A stretch of 62,466 nt of DNA, the filler included, from a bacterium (GTDB lineage: Bacteria > JALSQH01): NCBI GenBank assembly GCA_027004335.1. It is 11 parts of 11 records of this genome, joined end to end, with 100 filler letters (N's around TTAATTAATTAA, not from the genome) between each part and the next. Parts side by side here need not be neighbours in the genome. Positions count along the whole stretch, not along the records: positions 1 to 6,195 come from JALTID010000240.1; positions 6,296 to 12,443 come from JALTID010000241.1; 9 more parts are not named here. One strand, given 5' to 3'. This document shows positions 1 through 10,546 of the stretch, piece by piece. The translations under genes were made by a program, and so were the position numbers. The first letter of the stretch is position 1; the number at the start of each line of letters is the position of its first letter. The notes below the pieces were generated by a model. The model did no database searches and was not told where the DNA came from. It saw only the letters and a list, made by a program, of their open reading frames with translations.

Positions 1-393
1 CCCTATAAGTGTTACAATAATTGCAGCTATAAATCCAGTAACTGGCCCCATAACAGCAACCAGTGAAAGTTGGTCTCTCGTGTAAACTGGTGATTTCATC
101 TTTATAAAAGCACCAAAAGTCCCAAGAAGAGTAGGAGCGGGTATAAAATATGGTAGAGTTACCTCAACCCCGAATCTCTTTGCTGTGAAATAATGACCCA
201 GTTCGTGGATTCCCAAGACAAACATCAGGGAAATTGAAAAAGGTAAACCCTTCAGTGTAATTGTCCATAGATCACTTTTCGTTAAATCAACACCTAATTG
301 CAGGGCACCAGCAAGAGTGGTAGTCACCAGTGTAGTTAACAATAGAATTATATTTACCCATGGTATTTTTTGCACTTTTTCACCCACTTCCAT
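1..393 (-). CDS. Site-2 protease, M50 family membrane metalloprotease (3' truncated by window edge)
   Basis: Not in ORF track. Manual translation from ATG 393: MEVGEKVQKIPWVNIILLLTTLVTTTLAGA...IHELGHYFTAKRFGVEVTLPYFIPAPTLLGTFGAFIKMKSP...VAVMGP, with the HExxH and GTFGA motifs. Confidence 0.88.
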   Translation of the reverse strand, partial: MEVGEKVQKIPWVNIILLLTTLVTTTLAGALQLGVDLTKSDLWTITLKGLPFSISLMFVLGIHELGHYFTAKRFGVEVTLPYFIPAPTLLGTFGAFIKMKSPVYTRDQLSLVAVMGPVTGFIAAIIVTLIG

Positions 394-1403
394 GGAGAAA
401 TATGGGACGGCTTCTTTCCTGCGAACTCAAGAAAATTTTTTAAACTAATCCCACATTTCTTGAAATCATCATAAAGGCTATTTATCTTCCCATAATAAAT
501 CAGTACCTGAAGCAACCTTGCATTGTTTGGAGGCAATAATTTGAATCCATTGAATTCATCAGACTTAAAAGGTAATGAATTAAATTCTTCCGAAAACTTT
601 TGAAGAAGAATTTCTCTATCCTCCAATTTTACAGAATCAGGTTCATTTTTCTTATATATATTCTCAAGTTCATCTTTCACTTCTGAAATGAATCTCCCGA
701 ACAAAAGTGTATCATGCCATTTTTCCTCAGCTTTTTTCTCTTGAGGAGAAGGGATCCCCCAATAGTTTTTTGCAAATCTTATCCCACCAATATTTTCTAC
801 AAGAATAGCAAGATGTTCATTAAATTCAGTTTCTCCATAAAAATAAACCGTCTCGTGGGTCATCTCGTGCAGAAGTGTTTCGGCTACTTCAAGAGAAGAA
901 TCTTCAAGAAGAATGGATGTAACAGGATCTGGAAGATATCCCAGGGTACTGAAAGCAACAGCAGTTCTGATATCTACATCAAATTTGGATTTTTTTAATT
1001 TTTCCCCATACCTTAATGCCGAATCGTAATCGGGAAAACCCAGATATGGGATTCTCCCTACAATGGGAAACCACCATGTTTTAACATCCCATGATGTAGA
1101 TTTAACGGCAACAAGAACATATACAAGATTATTCTCCGAGATTCTGGAATAATAGAGAAAACTTCTCCCCGGTGTGAGTCCAAAATTTTTTATACCAAAA
1201 TTTCTCACTGTTAAAACAAGCCTTAGCTTATTTTTAATAACTTGAGAAACTAACCTATCAGAAATTACCTCATCTATCTTTCTCTCATGGGAAAGAAGAT
1301 TAAGTTCTAATTTTGCAGCTTTTAGAAGATACTCTGCAGTGTTGCAAGATGAAAAGAACAAGAGTGTGGAGAAGAGCAGTATCAGCCTACTTTTTTTATC
1401 CAT
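354..1403 (-). CDS. Putative zinc aminopeptidase lipoprotein (DUF2265/Aminopep-like)
   Basis: Lipobox FSSC, WWFPIVGRIPYLGF, AFSTLGYLPDP, and HEMTH...E (FNEHLA) zinc motif. Confidence 0.8.
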   Translation of the reverse strand: MDKKSRLILLFSTLLFFSSCNTAEYLLKAAKLELNLLSHERKIDEVISDRLVSQVIKNKLRLVLTVRNFGIKNFGLTPGRSFLYYSRISENNLVYVLVAVKSTSWDVKTWWFPIVGRIPYLGFPDYDSALRYGEKLKKSKFDVDIRTAVAFSTLGYLPDPVTSILLEDSSLEVAETLLHEMTHETVYFYGETEFNEHLAILVENIGGIRFAKNYWGIPSPQEKKAEEKWHDTLLFGRFISEVKDELENIYKKNEPDSVKLEDREILLQKFSEEFNSLPFKSDEFNGFKLLPPNNARLLQVLIYYGKINSLYDDFKKCGISLKNFLEFAGKKPSHISPWKWVKKCKKYHG

Positions 1404-2806
1404 TCAGAAATTTTCTCCTTTAAACCACCAAAAGCTCCGTTAGACATTATAAGAAACACATCACCTTTTCTTGCATTTTCATCAATAAGGTTGAGAATAT
1501 GGTTAACACTTTCCCCAACATATGCTTCTCTATGCCAGTGATTTTTAACTTCATCAACCACTTTTTCCACATCTAAAAATTCCTCCTCCGGGACAGAGCC
1601 CCTCTGAAGAATCTTTGAAATCACGACCACATCCGCTTCAGCAAAAGATGCTGGAAATTGAAACTGGAAAACATTTCTACGAGATGTGTTGCTCCTCGGT
1701 TCAAAAATAGCCCATAATCTTCGCAGAGGGAACCTTTTTTTTATAGATGAAATAGTTTCTCTCACAGCAGTAGGATGATGGGCAAAATCATCTACCAGAA
1801 TAAAATCATTTGTAGCCGTTACTACTTCCTGCCTTCTCTTCACTCCTTCAAATGTTTCAATTCCTTCAATTATTTTTTCTCTTGAAACCCCTACTCTGAT
1901 TGCAGCAGCGACTGCTAATAGAATGTTTCTCAGATTATGCTCACCAATGATGAGAGAATCCGCTTCAAGAAAGTCATTCCCTATATGCCTGACAATTATG
2001 TGTTGCTTCATCTCCGAAACTCCTGTAATCTCGCCAGTCCAGTTACCTTCGCTGAGAGAAAAAGATTCAGATGAAGGTAAATCACCTTTCTCTATAACTT
2101 CAACAACATCAGGATTTTCACCATTGTAAATCACATAATTATCCTTTTTCAGAGAATAGATATAAACCACAAAAAACTCTTTAATCTGCTCAATAGATGG
2201 AAAAATATCAGCATGATCATATTCAATATGGGTTATCCCTAAAATATCAGGAGGATAATGGAGAAATTTGGGAGACTTATCGAAAAAAGCAGAATCATAT
2301 TCATCTCCCTCAATGACAAACCACTCACCATCACCTAACCTGTAAGAGCTTTTGAAATTCCTGGAAATCCCTCCGGCGAGAAAAGAAGGATCAATGCCTC
2401 CCTTTTCAAGTATCCATGCTATGAGGGAAGTTGTGGTGGTTTTCCCATGAGTCCCTGTTATGACCACAATTTTTTTATCTTTTAAAAAAAACTCCTTAAT
2501 GGCTTCTGGCATAGAAACATAATGAACTCCTTTCATTGTAAAAAGCATCTGAACCTCGGGATTATCTGGCGAAATAACATTCCCAACAATTATTAAGTCA
2601 GGGGAAAAATCAACAATATTTCTGGGATCATACCCTTCATACACTTCTATATTTTTCTCAGCCAAAAATTCTTTCATCGGGGAATAGATACCCCTGTCAG
2701 ATCCTCCAACAATGTATCCTTTTTCCTGAAACATGGCAGCAAGACTCCCCATCCCAACTCCACCAATTCCCATGAAATAAATCCTTTTAACTCCATTTTT
2801 GTACAT
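1382..2806 (-). CDS. mpl: UDP-MurNAc:L-Ala-gamma-D-Glu-mDAP ligase (murein peptide ligase)
   Basis: GIGGVGMGSLA, GTHGKTTT, EGDEYDSAFFDKSPKFLHY, DDFAHHPTAV, FEPRSNT, MSNGAFGG. Confidence 0.9.
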   Translation of the reverse strand: MYKNGVKRIYFMGIGGVGMGSLAAMFQEKGYIVGGSDRGIYSPMKEFLAEKNIEVYEGYDPRNIVDFSPDLIIVGNVISPDNPEVQMLFTMKGVHYVSMPEAIKEFFLKDKKIVVITGTHGKTTTTSLIAWILEKGGIDPSFLAGGISRNFKSSYRLGDGEWFVIEGDEYDSAFFDKSPKFLHYPPDILGITHIEYDHADIFPSIEQIKEFFVVYIYSLKKDNYVIYNGENPDVVEVIEKGDLPSSESFSLSEGNWTGEITGVSEMKQHIIVRHIGNDFLEADSLIIGEHNLRNILLAVAAAIRVGVSREKIIEGIETFEGVKRRQEVVTATNDFILVDDFAHHPTAVRETISSIKKRFPLRRLWAIFEPRSNTSRRNVFQFQFPASFAEADVVVISKILQRGSVPEEEFLDVEKVVDEVKNHWHREAYVGESVNHILNLIDENARKGDVFLIMSNGAFGGLKEKISEWIKKVG

Positions 2807-2807
2807 C

Positions 2808-3833
2808 CTACGCCTCCAGATTATTATCCTTCATTATCCTCTCAAGCATATCAGCTTTACCAATAACAATCATTATATCACCTGCTTTCAATTTTTCATC
2901 TGGACCTGGATTAAAAATATAGTTAGCAATGTCTCTCTTAATTGCAACTACTATTGCACCATACCTGTCCCTCAATCCAGAATCTTTTAACTTTTTCCCT
3001 GCAAAAGGAGAATTCTCTTCCACAGGTATCTCCTCCATTGCCACATCAAACCCTTCCATGGCAAGTTCAATAAATTCTATAGCCTCTGGCCGCAAAAGGG
3101 CATTGGCAATTCTTACGCCACCAAGACGATATGGACTTATTACCTTATTTGCACCAGCTCTCAACATTTTCTTTTCCACCTTTGCATCAGTGGATCTTGC
3201 CACAATAAAGAGCTTATTATTCAATTCCCTAGCAGTTATAGTAAGGTAGAGATTATCTGCATCATCCTTTAAAGTTGCAACGAGAGCCCGTGCTTGCCTG
3301 ATATTCGCCCTTATTAGCACATCCTCATCAGTAGCATCTCCCTGAATAAATAACCATTCTTCTTCCCTTAATTTTTCAACTAATTCCTTATCCTTCTCAA
3401 TGACAATCACCTTCTTTTTTCTCTTTTTCAATTCCTTAGCAACTATTCCTCCCATCCTTCCAAAGCCACAAACAATGTAATGGTTTTTTAACAAAGAAAT
3501 TTCTCTTTCCAATTTTCTCCTCCCGAAAATATTTCTAAGACCTCCTTCAACCAGCTTCTGGCCAAAATAGTGGACAGAATAAGCCAGGACACTTATCCCT
3601 CCAAATATCAGTACAACGGTGAATACCTTGCCAGCGTTATTAAGAGGATGCACTTCATTAAATCCTACCGTACTTATGGAAATTATTGTCATAAAAAAAG
3701 AATCAAGAAAATTCCATCCTTCTATGATCATGTAACCAGCGGTGCCAATTATAACTATCAGCAAAATACTTACAAAAATAACTCGTAATTCCCTTGAAGG
3801 ATAAGGAGAAGAAACTTTTCTCATTCTACTCAT
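2808..3833 (-). CDS. Potassium channel protein (2TM pore + RCK_N/RCK_C)
   Basis: Two TM helices around a STVGF selectivity filter, CGFGRMG Rossmann motif, C-terminal TrkA-C domain. Confidence 0.9.
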   Translation of the reverse strand: MSRMRKVSSPYPSRELRVIFVSILLIVIIGTAGYMIIEGWNFLDSFFMTIISISTVGFNEVHPLNNAGKVFTVVLIFGGISVLAYSVHYFGQKLVEGGLRNIFGRRKLEREISLLKNHYIVCGFGRMGGIVAKELKKRKKKVIVIEKDKELVEKLREEEWLFIQGDATDEDVLIRANIRQARALVATLKDDADNLYLTITARELNNKLFIVARSTDAKVEKKMLRAGANKVISPYRLGGVRIANALLRPEAIEFIELAMEGFDVAMEEIPVEENSPFAGKKLKDSGLRDRYGAIVVAIKRDIANYIFNPGPDEKLKAGDIMIVIGKADMLERIMKDNNLEA

Positions 3834-6194
3834 CTACCACTGAATTTCCACTGGCTCACCAGGTACAAGGGTAATAGCACCTGGTTGAATAAGAGGTTTT
3901 AAATCTTCGGTAAAAAGCCCCGTAAAGTAATTACCCTCAGGTAAATTCAAAGTTATTTCAGGAGAAGAGACATTAACTGAAATTACCGGGTTCCCTTTTT
4001 GATCAGTGATTACCAGAAGAGGATGTAATTTTACAATCTTTTTCTCAGCAATTCTAATAACTAACTCAGATTCATCACGATCACTAAATAAGCCTGTAAT
4101 GTTCATAGAATCATAGTAAGTCTTTAATAATCTTAACCCAGTGTCCCTGATCCCGGAAAAACCCAACCATGTAAATCTAACTTTTCCATGCGGGGAAAAA
4201 TCAAATTTATAATTTCTCATATAACCAGGTAAAAGCAACTTCCTGATACCATCAGGAGAAGTAAGCGTGACAAGTTGGAGATCAACATCAGATTTTGTCT
4301 CCCAACTCAAATTCAATGACCTATCATCTACGGTGAAGAACTTATAAACTGCTGCTTCTTCCACATCTTTCCTGTTGATTTTCTTTCTGGACAGGTGGGG
4401 GGAAGTAGAAAGAACTGCCCCATCTTCTAACTGTGAGAAAAATGGAACTATCCATCTGCACCCGGGGTACTCTCTATCTTCATAAAAATTACTTGTAATC
4501 ACAGGAAGATAAAATTCCTCCCGATCCTTTCTGAAAATTTCCCAGATAAGCTCAGGATTTCTAACCCAAGGAACACATTTATCGGTTTCAACAATTATCC
4601 TTCCAGGTTTCACATAATAATCAAAAAATTGCGGAAAACTATCCCTATCTGAAGTAAAAGTCCTTTTAATTACTTCGCCTGTCTCTGAAGTAAAAAGATA
4701 TGGATATCCTCTCATCTCCACCGTAATCCGGGAATTTTGAGGGACCCTATCTTTTATAACAAGAAGAGCAACTCCATTATCATAATCTAAATTCAGAGGA
4801 GGAGCCTTGATATCAAAATCATAGTAATTATTCCACTCGTCATATATTGAAATATTATTTTTAAGTTTCTGAAGGTCAACCTTGCCTGTAAAAAAAAGCC
4901 ATAATATGTTATTTATTATGCTTTTTTTGGGGAAAAAACCAATAAATTGAGAATCAGTTACACTACCTACAAAATACTTTACCTTGAGAAGTTCAGGAGG
5001 GATCACCAATCCGCCAGTGGTAAGAATCTTTCCAACTATTATTTCAATATCCCTTCCGCTATTTACCAAGAAAGATGGAATCTGAACTCTCAGCAGTCGT
5101 GGAGAGACCCATCGTAATTTTTTTGAGAGAGGAAGATGAAAAGATTTATCTCCAGATAGTAGAAGTGCTTCAGCACTCCCAATGTACATATCTCTGGAAA
5201 ATTCAATTTTAACCGTATCTGTATTTAAAGTTGAAAAGGGGTTAGGAGTAAAAGTAATATCAGGTAAATTATTTTCCCCAACTTTTACAGTAAGTGTTTT
5301 GGTCTTATCAGAAAGAAAATCTGCTGTAATTATTAGGGTAGAGGTAGATGGAAAAGGATGAAGAGGAATAAAACTGTATGTGAATTTACCTGAATCAGAC
5401 CCGAGATATAAGAAATTACCTTTTACAATTTCTCGCCGATTACCCCTTACTGCTTCTATTCTAATTTCCTTAACTTTGCTTTTAGAATGAAAAACTAAAG
5501 GGAAAGAAGGATCTATTTTACCCTTACTATCAAGGGAAAATTCTCTCTGATTTAGAGAGTATTTCTGTGGTTTCAAAATCCCTTTCAGGGTCCCCCTGGT
5601 AGAAGTTACAGTAACTCTAAAAGAATAATCTGTAACATTACCAGCATAATCCTTAATTTCCACCATTATATTTTTTACTTCAGCTGTGGAAGAAACTGAA
5701 AAAGTAACACTATTTGCCATCTCTTTCCATCTTGAGAGTCCCACCGTGGTGATTTTTTCACCATATCTCCAGCAGCAGAGAGGGGAAAGATTATCTGTAA
5801 CCTTATCAAAATAAAGAGTTACGATAGGCCCGGTAGAAGGCACCTGATAATCTTTTAGATACACTTCTCCGCCAGGTGGAGTTGCATCATAGGCAATTAA
5901 ACCTCTTCCATTAATACCTGTATTTCCCGCACTGTCAGATACTTCAACAACATAGCTATATCTCCCTTCCTGAGACACGGGGAGAGTATAAGTATCAGAA
6001 GTTACATATGGTTTCCAGTTCCCCGGAATTAACTTGTTTCCAATTAAATTCACTCTATACGAGCTAACCATATAATTATCTTCAACATCTCTCAGAAAAA
6101 CAAAGACAACCCTTGAAGAAGTAAAGGGTAATGAATATGGCGGAAAGGGGTTAATATAAGCTTCACCGATTGGTGGAGTGAGATCAAGTATTAT
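3834..6194 (-). CDS. Large Ig-like-repeat surface protein (5' truncated at contig end)
   Basis: Frame stays open upstream of the ORF-track ATG to the contig end (IILDLTPPIGEAYIN...). Repeated D-x-TPP and D-x-AGN Ig-like boundary motifs. Confidence 0.6.
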   Translation of the reverse strand: MILDLTPPIGEAYINPFPPYSLPFTSSRVVFVFLRDVEDNYMVSSYRVNLIGNKLIPGNWKPYVTSDTYTLPVSQEGRYSYVVEVSDSAGNTGINGRGLIAYDATPPGGEVYLKDYQVPSTGPIVTLYFDKVTDNLSPLCCWRYGEKITTVGLSRWKEMANSVTFSVSSTAEVKNIMVEIKDYAGNVTDYSFRVTVTSTRGTLKGILKPQKYSLNQREFSLDSKGKIDPSFPLVFHSKSKVKEIRIEAVRGNRREIVKGNFLYLGSDSGKFTYSFIPLHPFPSTSTLIITADFLSDKTKTLTVKVGENNLPDITFTPNPFSTLNTDTVKIEFSRDMYIGSAEALLLSGDKSFHLPLSKKLRWVSPRLLRVQIPSFLVNSGRDIEIIVGKILTTGGLVIPPELLKVKYFVGSVTDSQFIGFFPKKSIINNILWLFFTGKVDLQKLKNNISIYDEWNNYYDFDIKAPPLNLDYDNGVALLVIKDRVPQNSRITVEMRGYPYLFTSETGEVIKRTFTSDRDSFPQFFDYYVKPGRIIVETDKCVPWVRNPELIWEIFRKDREEFYLPVITSNFYEDREYPGCRWIVPFFSQLEDGAVLSTSPHLSRKKINRKDVEEAAVYKFFTVDDRSLNLSWETKSDVDLQLVTLTSPDGIRKLLLPGYMRNYKFDFSPHGKVRFTWLGFSGIRDTGLRLLKTYYDSMNITGLFSDRDESELVIRIAEKKIVKLHPLLVITDQKGNPVISVNVSSPEITLNLPEGNYFTGLFTEDLKPLIQPGAITLVPGEPVEIQW

Positions 6195-6195
6195 A

Positions 6196-6295
6196 NNNNN
6201 NNNNNNNNNNNNNNNNNNNNNNNNNNNNNNNNNNNNNNNTTAATTAATTAANNNNNNNNNNNNNNNNNNNNNNNNNNNNNNNNNNNNNNNNNNNN
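6196..6295. other. Artificial contig spacer
   Basis: N-run / TTAATTAATTAA / N-run, 100 bp. Confidence 0.98.
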
Positions 6296-6928
6296 ACCTT
6301 AAATTCTTGGTGAGAGAGAATTTTAGAAAATTTTCTCAGAGACTTTCTTATGCAGATTCCTGGATTAGTAAGTTTTTAAAAAAAGGAAATTTGTGCAGTG
6401 AATTATGCAGTTAACTATAATTATAGAATCTTATAAAAAAATAAGTAAAGAGGGGATAGCAGTTGATGGTTTTCACTTTAGTGATGATATTGCCTATAAG
6501 AACGCAATGTTGATTTCTCCAAAGACCTACAAAGAGTTATTATTTCCTTGTCATAATAGATTATGTGATTTCTTTAAATCTCAAGGGCTACCGGTTATGT
6601 ATCATACCGACTGTAAATTAAATGAAGCCTTACCTTTATTGATAGAGACAGGCATTACTGCTATTCACCCTTTAGAAGCAAAGGCTGGGAATGATGTGCG
6701 TAGGTAAAGAAAACTTATGGAAAAGATTTAGTTTTTGTGGGAAATATTGATGTGCGAAAGATGTCTGGTTTAGAAAAAGAGATAGAAGAAGAGATAAAAA
6801 GTAAGATTTTAATTGTCAAAGAAGGTGGTGGCTATCTTTATCATTCTGACCATTCTGTTCCTCTATCAGTAAGTTTTGAAAATTATAAATATGTGATAGA
6901 GTTGGTTAAGGAATATGGAAAATATTAA
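6296..6928 (+). pseudogene. Frameshifted uroporphyrinogen-decarboxylase (URO-D/MtaA-like) family gene
   Basis: ORF 6405-6707 (SDDIAY, YHTDC, HPLEAKAGND) continues in another frame as VKKTYGKDLVFVGNID...GGGYLYHSDHSVP after a 1-bp loss near 6701-6705. The 5' part contains stops. Confidence 0.75.
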
Positions 6929-8105
6929 ATTTAAACCGATAGTATTTAATGAATTGCCGGTGCATGATACATGCTGGTCATTGATTACCGGGGTGGATGG
7001 TAATATTTATATTGCTGTCTGTGGAGAGATGACAGGAGGCTTGAGTGCCTATATAGTCAGCTATGACCCGGAGAAAGAAAAGATAGAATATTTATTAGAA
7101 GTGGCAAAAGTATTAGGGATACCTGAAGATAGTGGAGAGGCAGCCCATGCCAAAATTCATTACTCTTTAGTTTCCGATGATGAAGGAATGCTTTATGGTG
7201 CAACACATTGCACAGGGCCTCCTTTAGGAGATGTTATCTGGAGACCTTGGAACTGCTGGAGCCATCCGATAAAGAATTTTAGAGGCTCAGGAATATTTGG
7301 TTATGACCCGAGAAAGAGAGAAATCCTCTTCACTGATTTTCTTCTTCCTCATGAAGGAAGCAGATGCATGGCTATAAGTTGCAAGAGGAGAAAAATTTAT
7401 GGTATTTCATATCCGAGAGACCACTTCTTTATCTATGATTTGAATAAGCATGAGGTGCGTGATCTAGGTCGTATAGGCAGTATCAATCCTCAATGTATAT
7501 TTCTTGATAATGAAGAGAACGCATATACTACCGGTGATTACGGAAATTTAATAAAGTGTGATGGAGATAACGAAGAGTTAATTGATACAGGGATTCAAAT
7601 TCCTCATGCTAATTTCAGAAATGGTTTTCATAATGTTTTGATTGATGTAACACCTTCTCCTGACGGTGAGAGTGTCTATGGGGTAACCTGGACATTTGGA
7701 GAAAGACTTTTCTGCTACAATTTTAAGAAGAACAAGATTTATGACCTGGGTAAAGCATATGGAGAAGAGAGAGAAGAATGGTGGCATATAATAAACAGTA
7801 ATGTGGCCGGTCTGGTATTTGGGGATGATGGTTACCTTTACTTTTGTGCAAACCTTCCTGCAGGGAAAGGTTATTCACCACATCTTATTCGCTTAAATAC
7901 AGAAACCTTAAAAAGAGAGATTATTGGAGAAATAACCTATCAAGGGAAGCCAGCAGATCATATCTCAAGGGGAACAAAAGATTTCTACGGCAACCTTTAT
8001 TTTGCTGAAGTGGGTAATAGTCCGACGAAGATATTTAAGTATGAAGGGGCAAAGTGCAACGGCCAAAGCTCAAAAGTCAGCGGGATACCAAGACATTGGG
8101 GATAA
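6915..8105 (+). CDS. Cytoplasmic beta-propeller protein, unknown function
   Basis: Repeated blade-like units (DGNIYI, DDEGMLYG, YDP, DLGRIG, DLGKA, GNLYF). No signal peptide. Confidence 0.65.
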   Translation: MENIKFKPIVFNELPVHDTCWSLITGVDGNIYIAVCGEMTGGLSAYIVSYDPEKEKIEYLLEVAKVLGIPEDSGEAAHAKIHYSLVSDDEGMLYGATHCTGPPLGDVIWRPWNCWSHPIKNFRGSGIFGYDPRKREILFTDFLLPHEGSRCMAISCKRRKIYGISYPRDHFFIYDLNKHEVRDLGRIGSINPQCIFLDNEENAYTTGDYGNLIKCDGDNEELIDTGIQIPHANFRNGFHNVLIDVTPSPDGESVYGVTWTFGERLFCYNFKKNKIYDLGKAYGEEREEWWHIINSNVAGLVFGDDGYLYFCANLPAGKGYSPHLIRLNTETLKREIIGEITYQGKPADHISRGTKDFYGNLYFAEVGNSPTKIFKYEGAKCNGQSSKVSGIPRHWG

Positions 8106-8127
8106 GAAAATTAAACAGTGGGGTGAA

Positions 8128-9453
8128 ATGATGGATCTAAAAAAGAAAAAGTGGCCGGTTCCTCCGGGGGAGGAGGAAAGATTTAAGGGAGAGAGAATAA
8201 AAAAATTTTTGAAGATAAGGGCTGAATATGAGAAATCAGCCTTTGTCAGTGAAGGACATATTGAAGTTCGCCGTTTAGGACCTATTGCTTTTACAAAACC
8301 TATACCTCCAGAGGAATCGGCTATTACTGCCCTTACCTTCTATCATAATGGCAAGATTTATGGGGGGACTTCTGGTAAAAGAGCACATTTATTTTATTAT
8401 GACCCTTCCCCTGATGCTGATGCAGTGGTAGATATAGGGATAGTCGGAGAGAATTTGAGAATAACCTCTCTTGTTGCCGAGGAAAGAGGGAAGATATTCG
8501 GGGCAGTGGCAAGGGCAGATGGAAACGGTGAAGGTTTTTTATTCTCCTATTCCCCCTGTGAAGTAACGATAAAGAAACTCGATATTGAAGGGAAAGGGAT
8601 AAGAGAGGTATTTGATACACCTGTAGAAGACCAAATCTTTCACAGTATAATTGACCCATGTCATTCTGTAGGAAAGATGGAGGTTTTGACTACCCCGGCC
8701 AAAGGAGAAGGGATTACCTCATTAGTGCTAGATGAAAAAAGAAAATTGTTATACGGGCTCTCGGATAAAAAAGGCATATTTTTTATCTATGATATTTCTA
8801 AAGGGAAGGCAATAATTAAAGGGCTTGTTGACGAAGTTAATGAATTTTCCAAAAAGTTGATTATGGATAAAGAAGGAGTGGTTTATGGAGCAAAAGCCCT
8901 GGGCGAACTTTTCAGATATGACCCCGAAAAGGACAGGATGGAAGATATGGGTTTATTTACCCCCTCTTTAAAGGGCAGGGAATTATATAATCGGGTAGAT
9001 TCCTGGGCTCTGGATGAAGAGACCGGATTGATTTATGGTGGAAGTATAGATGGGATACTGTTCGTTTTTGACCCTATTGAAAGAACTATAACCGCTTTTG
9101 GTAAACCTATTGACCAAACAAGAATTAGAGCAATTACTGTCGATAAAGTTGGAAGAGTATTTGGTGTTGCAGGTGAACCGGGTAGTTGTGCACATTTAGT
9201 CTGTTATAATCCAGAGACTCGGGAGCTTAAGGATTTAGGCGTTCCACTGGCAACTGTTGAAACACCCTGGTATGGTTATGAGTTTGAATCAGCAGTTACA
9301 GGTAAAGATGGTGAAATTTACCTGGGAGAAAGTGATAGAATAAGCCATTTATGGATTTACTATCCGCCGATGCCTCAGCGCCAAATGGTAAAGGATGAAG
9401 AAAATGAAAAAAATAGGGTAAAACACAAAAAGGAGGAGCAATGCCAGAGATAA
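8128..9453 (+). CDS. Cytoplasmic beta-propeller protein, unknown function
   Basis: Likely start ATG 8128 after a GGGGTGA RBS. Repeats ITALT..GKIYGGT..HLFYYDP, GLIYGG..LFVFDP, DGEIYLGE. Confidence 0.65.
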   Translation: MMDLKKKKWPVPPGEEERFKGERIKKFLKIRAEYEKSAFVSEGHIEVRRLGPIAFTKPIPPEESAITALTFYHNGKIYGGTSGKRAHLFYYDPSPDADAVVDIGIVGENLRITSLVAEERGKIFGAVARADGNGEGFLFSYSPCEVTIKKLDIEGKGIREVFDTPVEDQIFHSIIDPCHSVGKMEVLTTPAKGEGITSLVLDEKRKLLYGLSDKKGIFFIYDISKGKAIIKGLVDEVNEFSKKLIMDKEGVVYGAKALGELFRYDPEKDRMEDMGLFTPSLKGRELYNRVDSWALDEETGLIYGGSIDGILFVFDPIERTITAFGKPIDQTRIRAITVDKVGRVFGVAGEPGSCAHLVCYNPETRELKDLGVPLATVETPWYGYEFESAVTGKDGEIYLGESDRISHLWIYYPPMPQRQMVKDEENEKNRVKHKKEEQCQR

Positions 9454-10544
9454 GAGTAGCAATAGCAGGAGTGGGCAATTGCACAAGTTCTTTAGTGCAG
9501 GGGAGATTCTACTATGAGAAATTGAAAACTAAAAATGGAAAATTAGAAGAGGGAGAGGTGATTTCAGGTTTAATGCATCCAGTATTAGGAGGATACAAAG
9601 TTTCTGATATTGTTCCAGTAGTTGCCTTTGATATTGATGCTCGCAAAGTAGGCAAGGATTTATCCGAGGCAATCTGGGCTCCTCCTAACTGCACAATGAA
9701 GTTCTGTGATGTTCCTCATCTCGGAGTAAAGGTTTTAATGGGACCTGTTTTAGATGGAGTAACAGAGCATCTTAAAAAATATGTTGAAATCTCTTCTGAA
9801 GAAGAGATTAATGATGTTGATGAAGTGGCAAAAATTTTGGAAGAGGCAAAAGTAGATGTTATAGTCATTAATCTTCCCACTGCATCAGAGAAAGCAGCCT
9901 GGTTCTATGCCAAAGCTGCTTTGAAAGCTGGCTGCGGTATTGTTAATGGAATTCCTGTTTTGATTGCTAACGATAAAGAATTTAGGAAAAGAGCAGAAAA
10001 AAATAAGGTTCCTATAGTAGGAGATGATTACAAGAGTCAACTTGGAGGAACAATTCTTGATAGAGACCTTCTTAATCTGTGTCAGCAAAGGGGTATAAAA
10101 ATTAAGAAGTCATATCAATTGAATTATGGAGGCAATACTGATTTCTGGAACTTAACAGATTATAGTAGAGGGAAAAGTAAGCATGCTTCCAAGAAAAGAG
10201 GAGTAGACGCGGTAATGAAATACGATGCACCATTTTCAGTAAATGTATCACAGTTAGAAGTACTAGAGGACGATAAAATCTGCAGGATTGAAATATGGGG
10301 AGAGAATTTTGGAGGAACACCAATAAAATTAGAAGCAAAACTTCATGTTGTGGACAGTCCCAATTCTGCCGGTGTGATGGTAGATGCTATAAGATGTTGT
10401 AAGTTAGCCAAGGATAGAGGTATTGGTGGAGTATTGGAGAGTGCGTCCTCCTATCTTATGAAAAGCGGGCCAGTTCAGTATCCTTCAGAGGAAGAAGCCA
10501 GAAAAGCAATAGATGAGTTTATTGAAGGAAAGAGGGCAAGGTAA
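9441..10544 (+). CDS. ino1: myo-inositol-1(3)-phosphate synthase
   Basis: AGVGNCTSSLVQG, AFDID.RKVGKDLSEAI, GDDYKSQLGGT, QLNYGGNTDF, DSPNSAG, AIRCCKLA. Confidence 0.92.
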   Translation: MPEIRVAIAGVGNCTSSLVQGRFYYEKLKTKNGKLEEGEVISGLMHPVLGGYKVSDIVPVVAFDIDARKVGKDLSEAIWAPPNCTMKFCDVPHLGVKVLMGPVLDGVTEHLKKYVEISSEEEINDVDEVAKILEEAKVDVIVINLPTASEKAAWFYAKAALKAGCGIVNGIPVLIANDKEFRKRAEKNKVPIVGDDYKSQLGGTILDRDLLNLCQQRGIKIKKSYQLNYGGNTDFWNLTDYSRGKSKHASKKRGVDAVMKYDAPFSVNVSQLEVLEDDKICRIEIWGENFGGTPIKLEAKLHVVDSPNSAGVMVDAIRCCKLAKDRGIGGVLESASSYLMKSGPVQYPSEEEARKAIDEFIEGKRAR

Positions 10545-10546
10545 AA

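Noticed and set aside
8002-8127. ORF-track N-terminal extension of the second propeller
   Set aside because: Overlaps the upstream gene by about 100 bp with no RBS; ATG 8128 has a good RBS.
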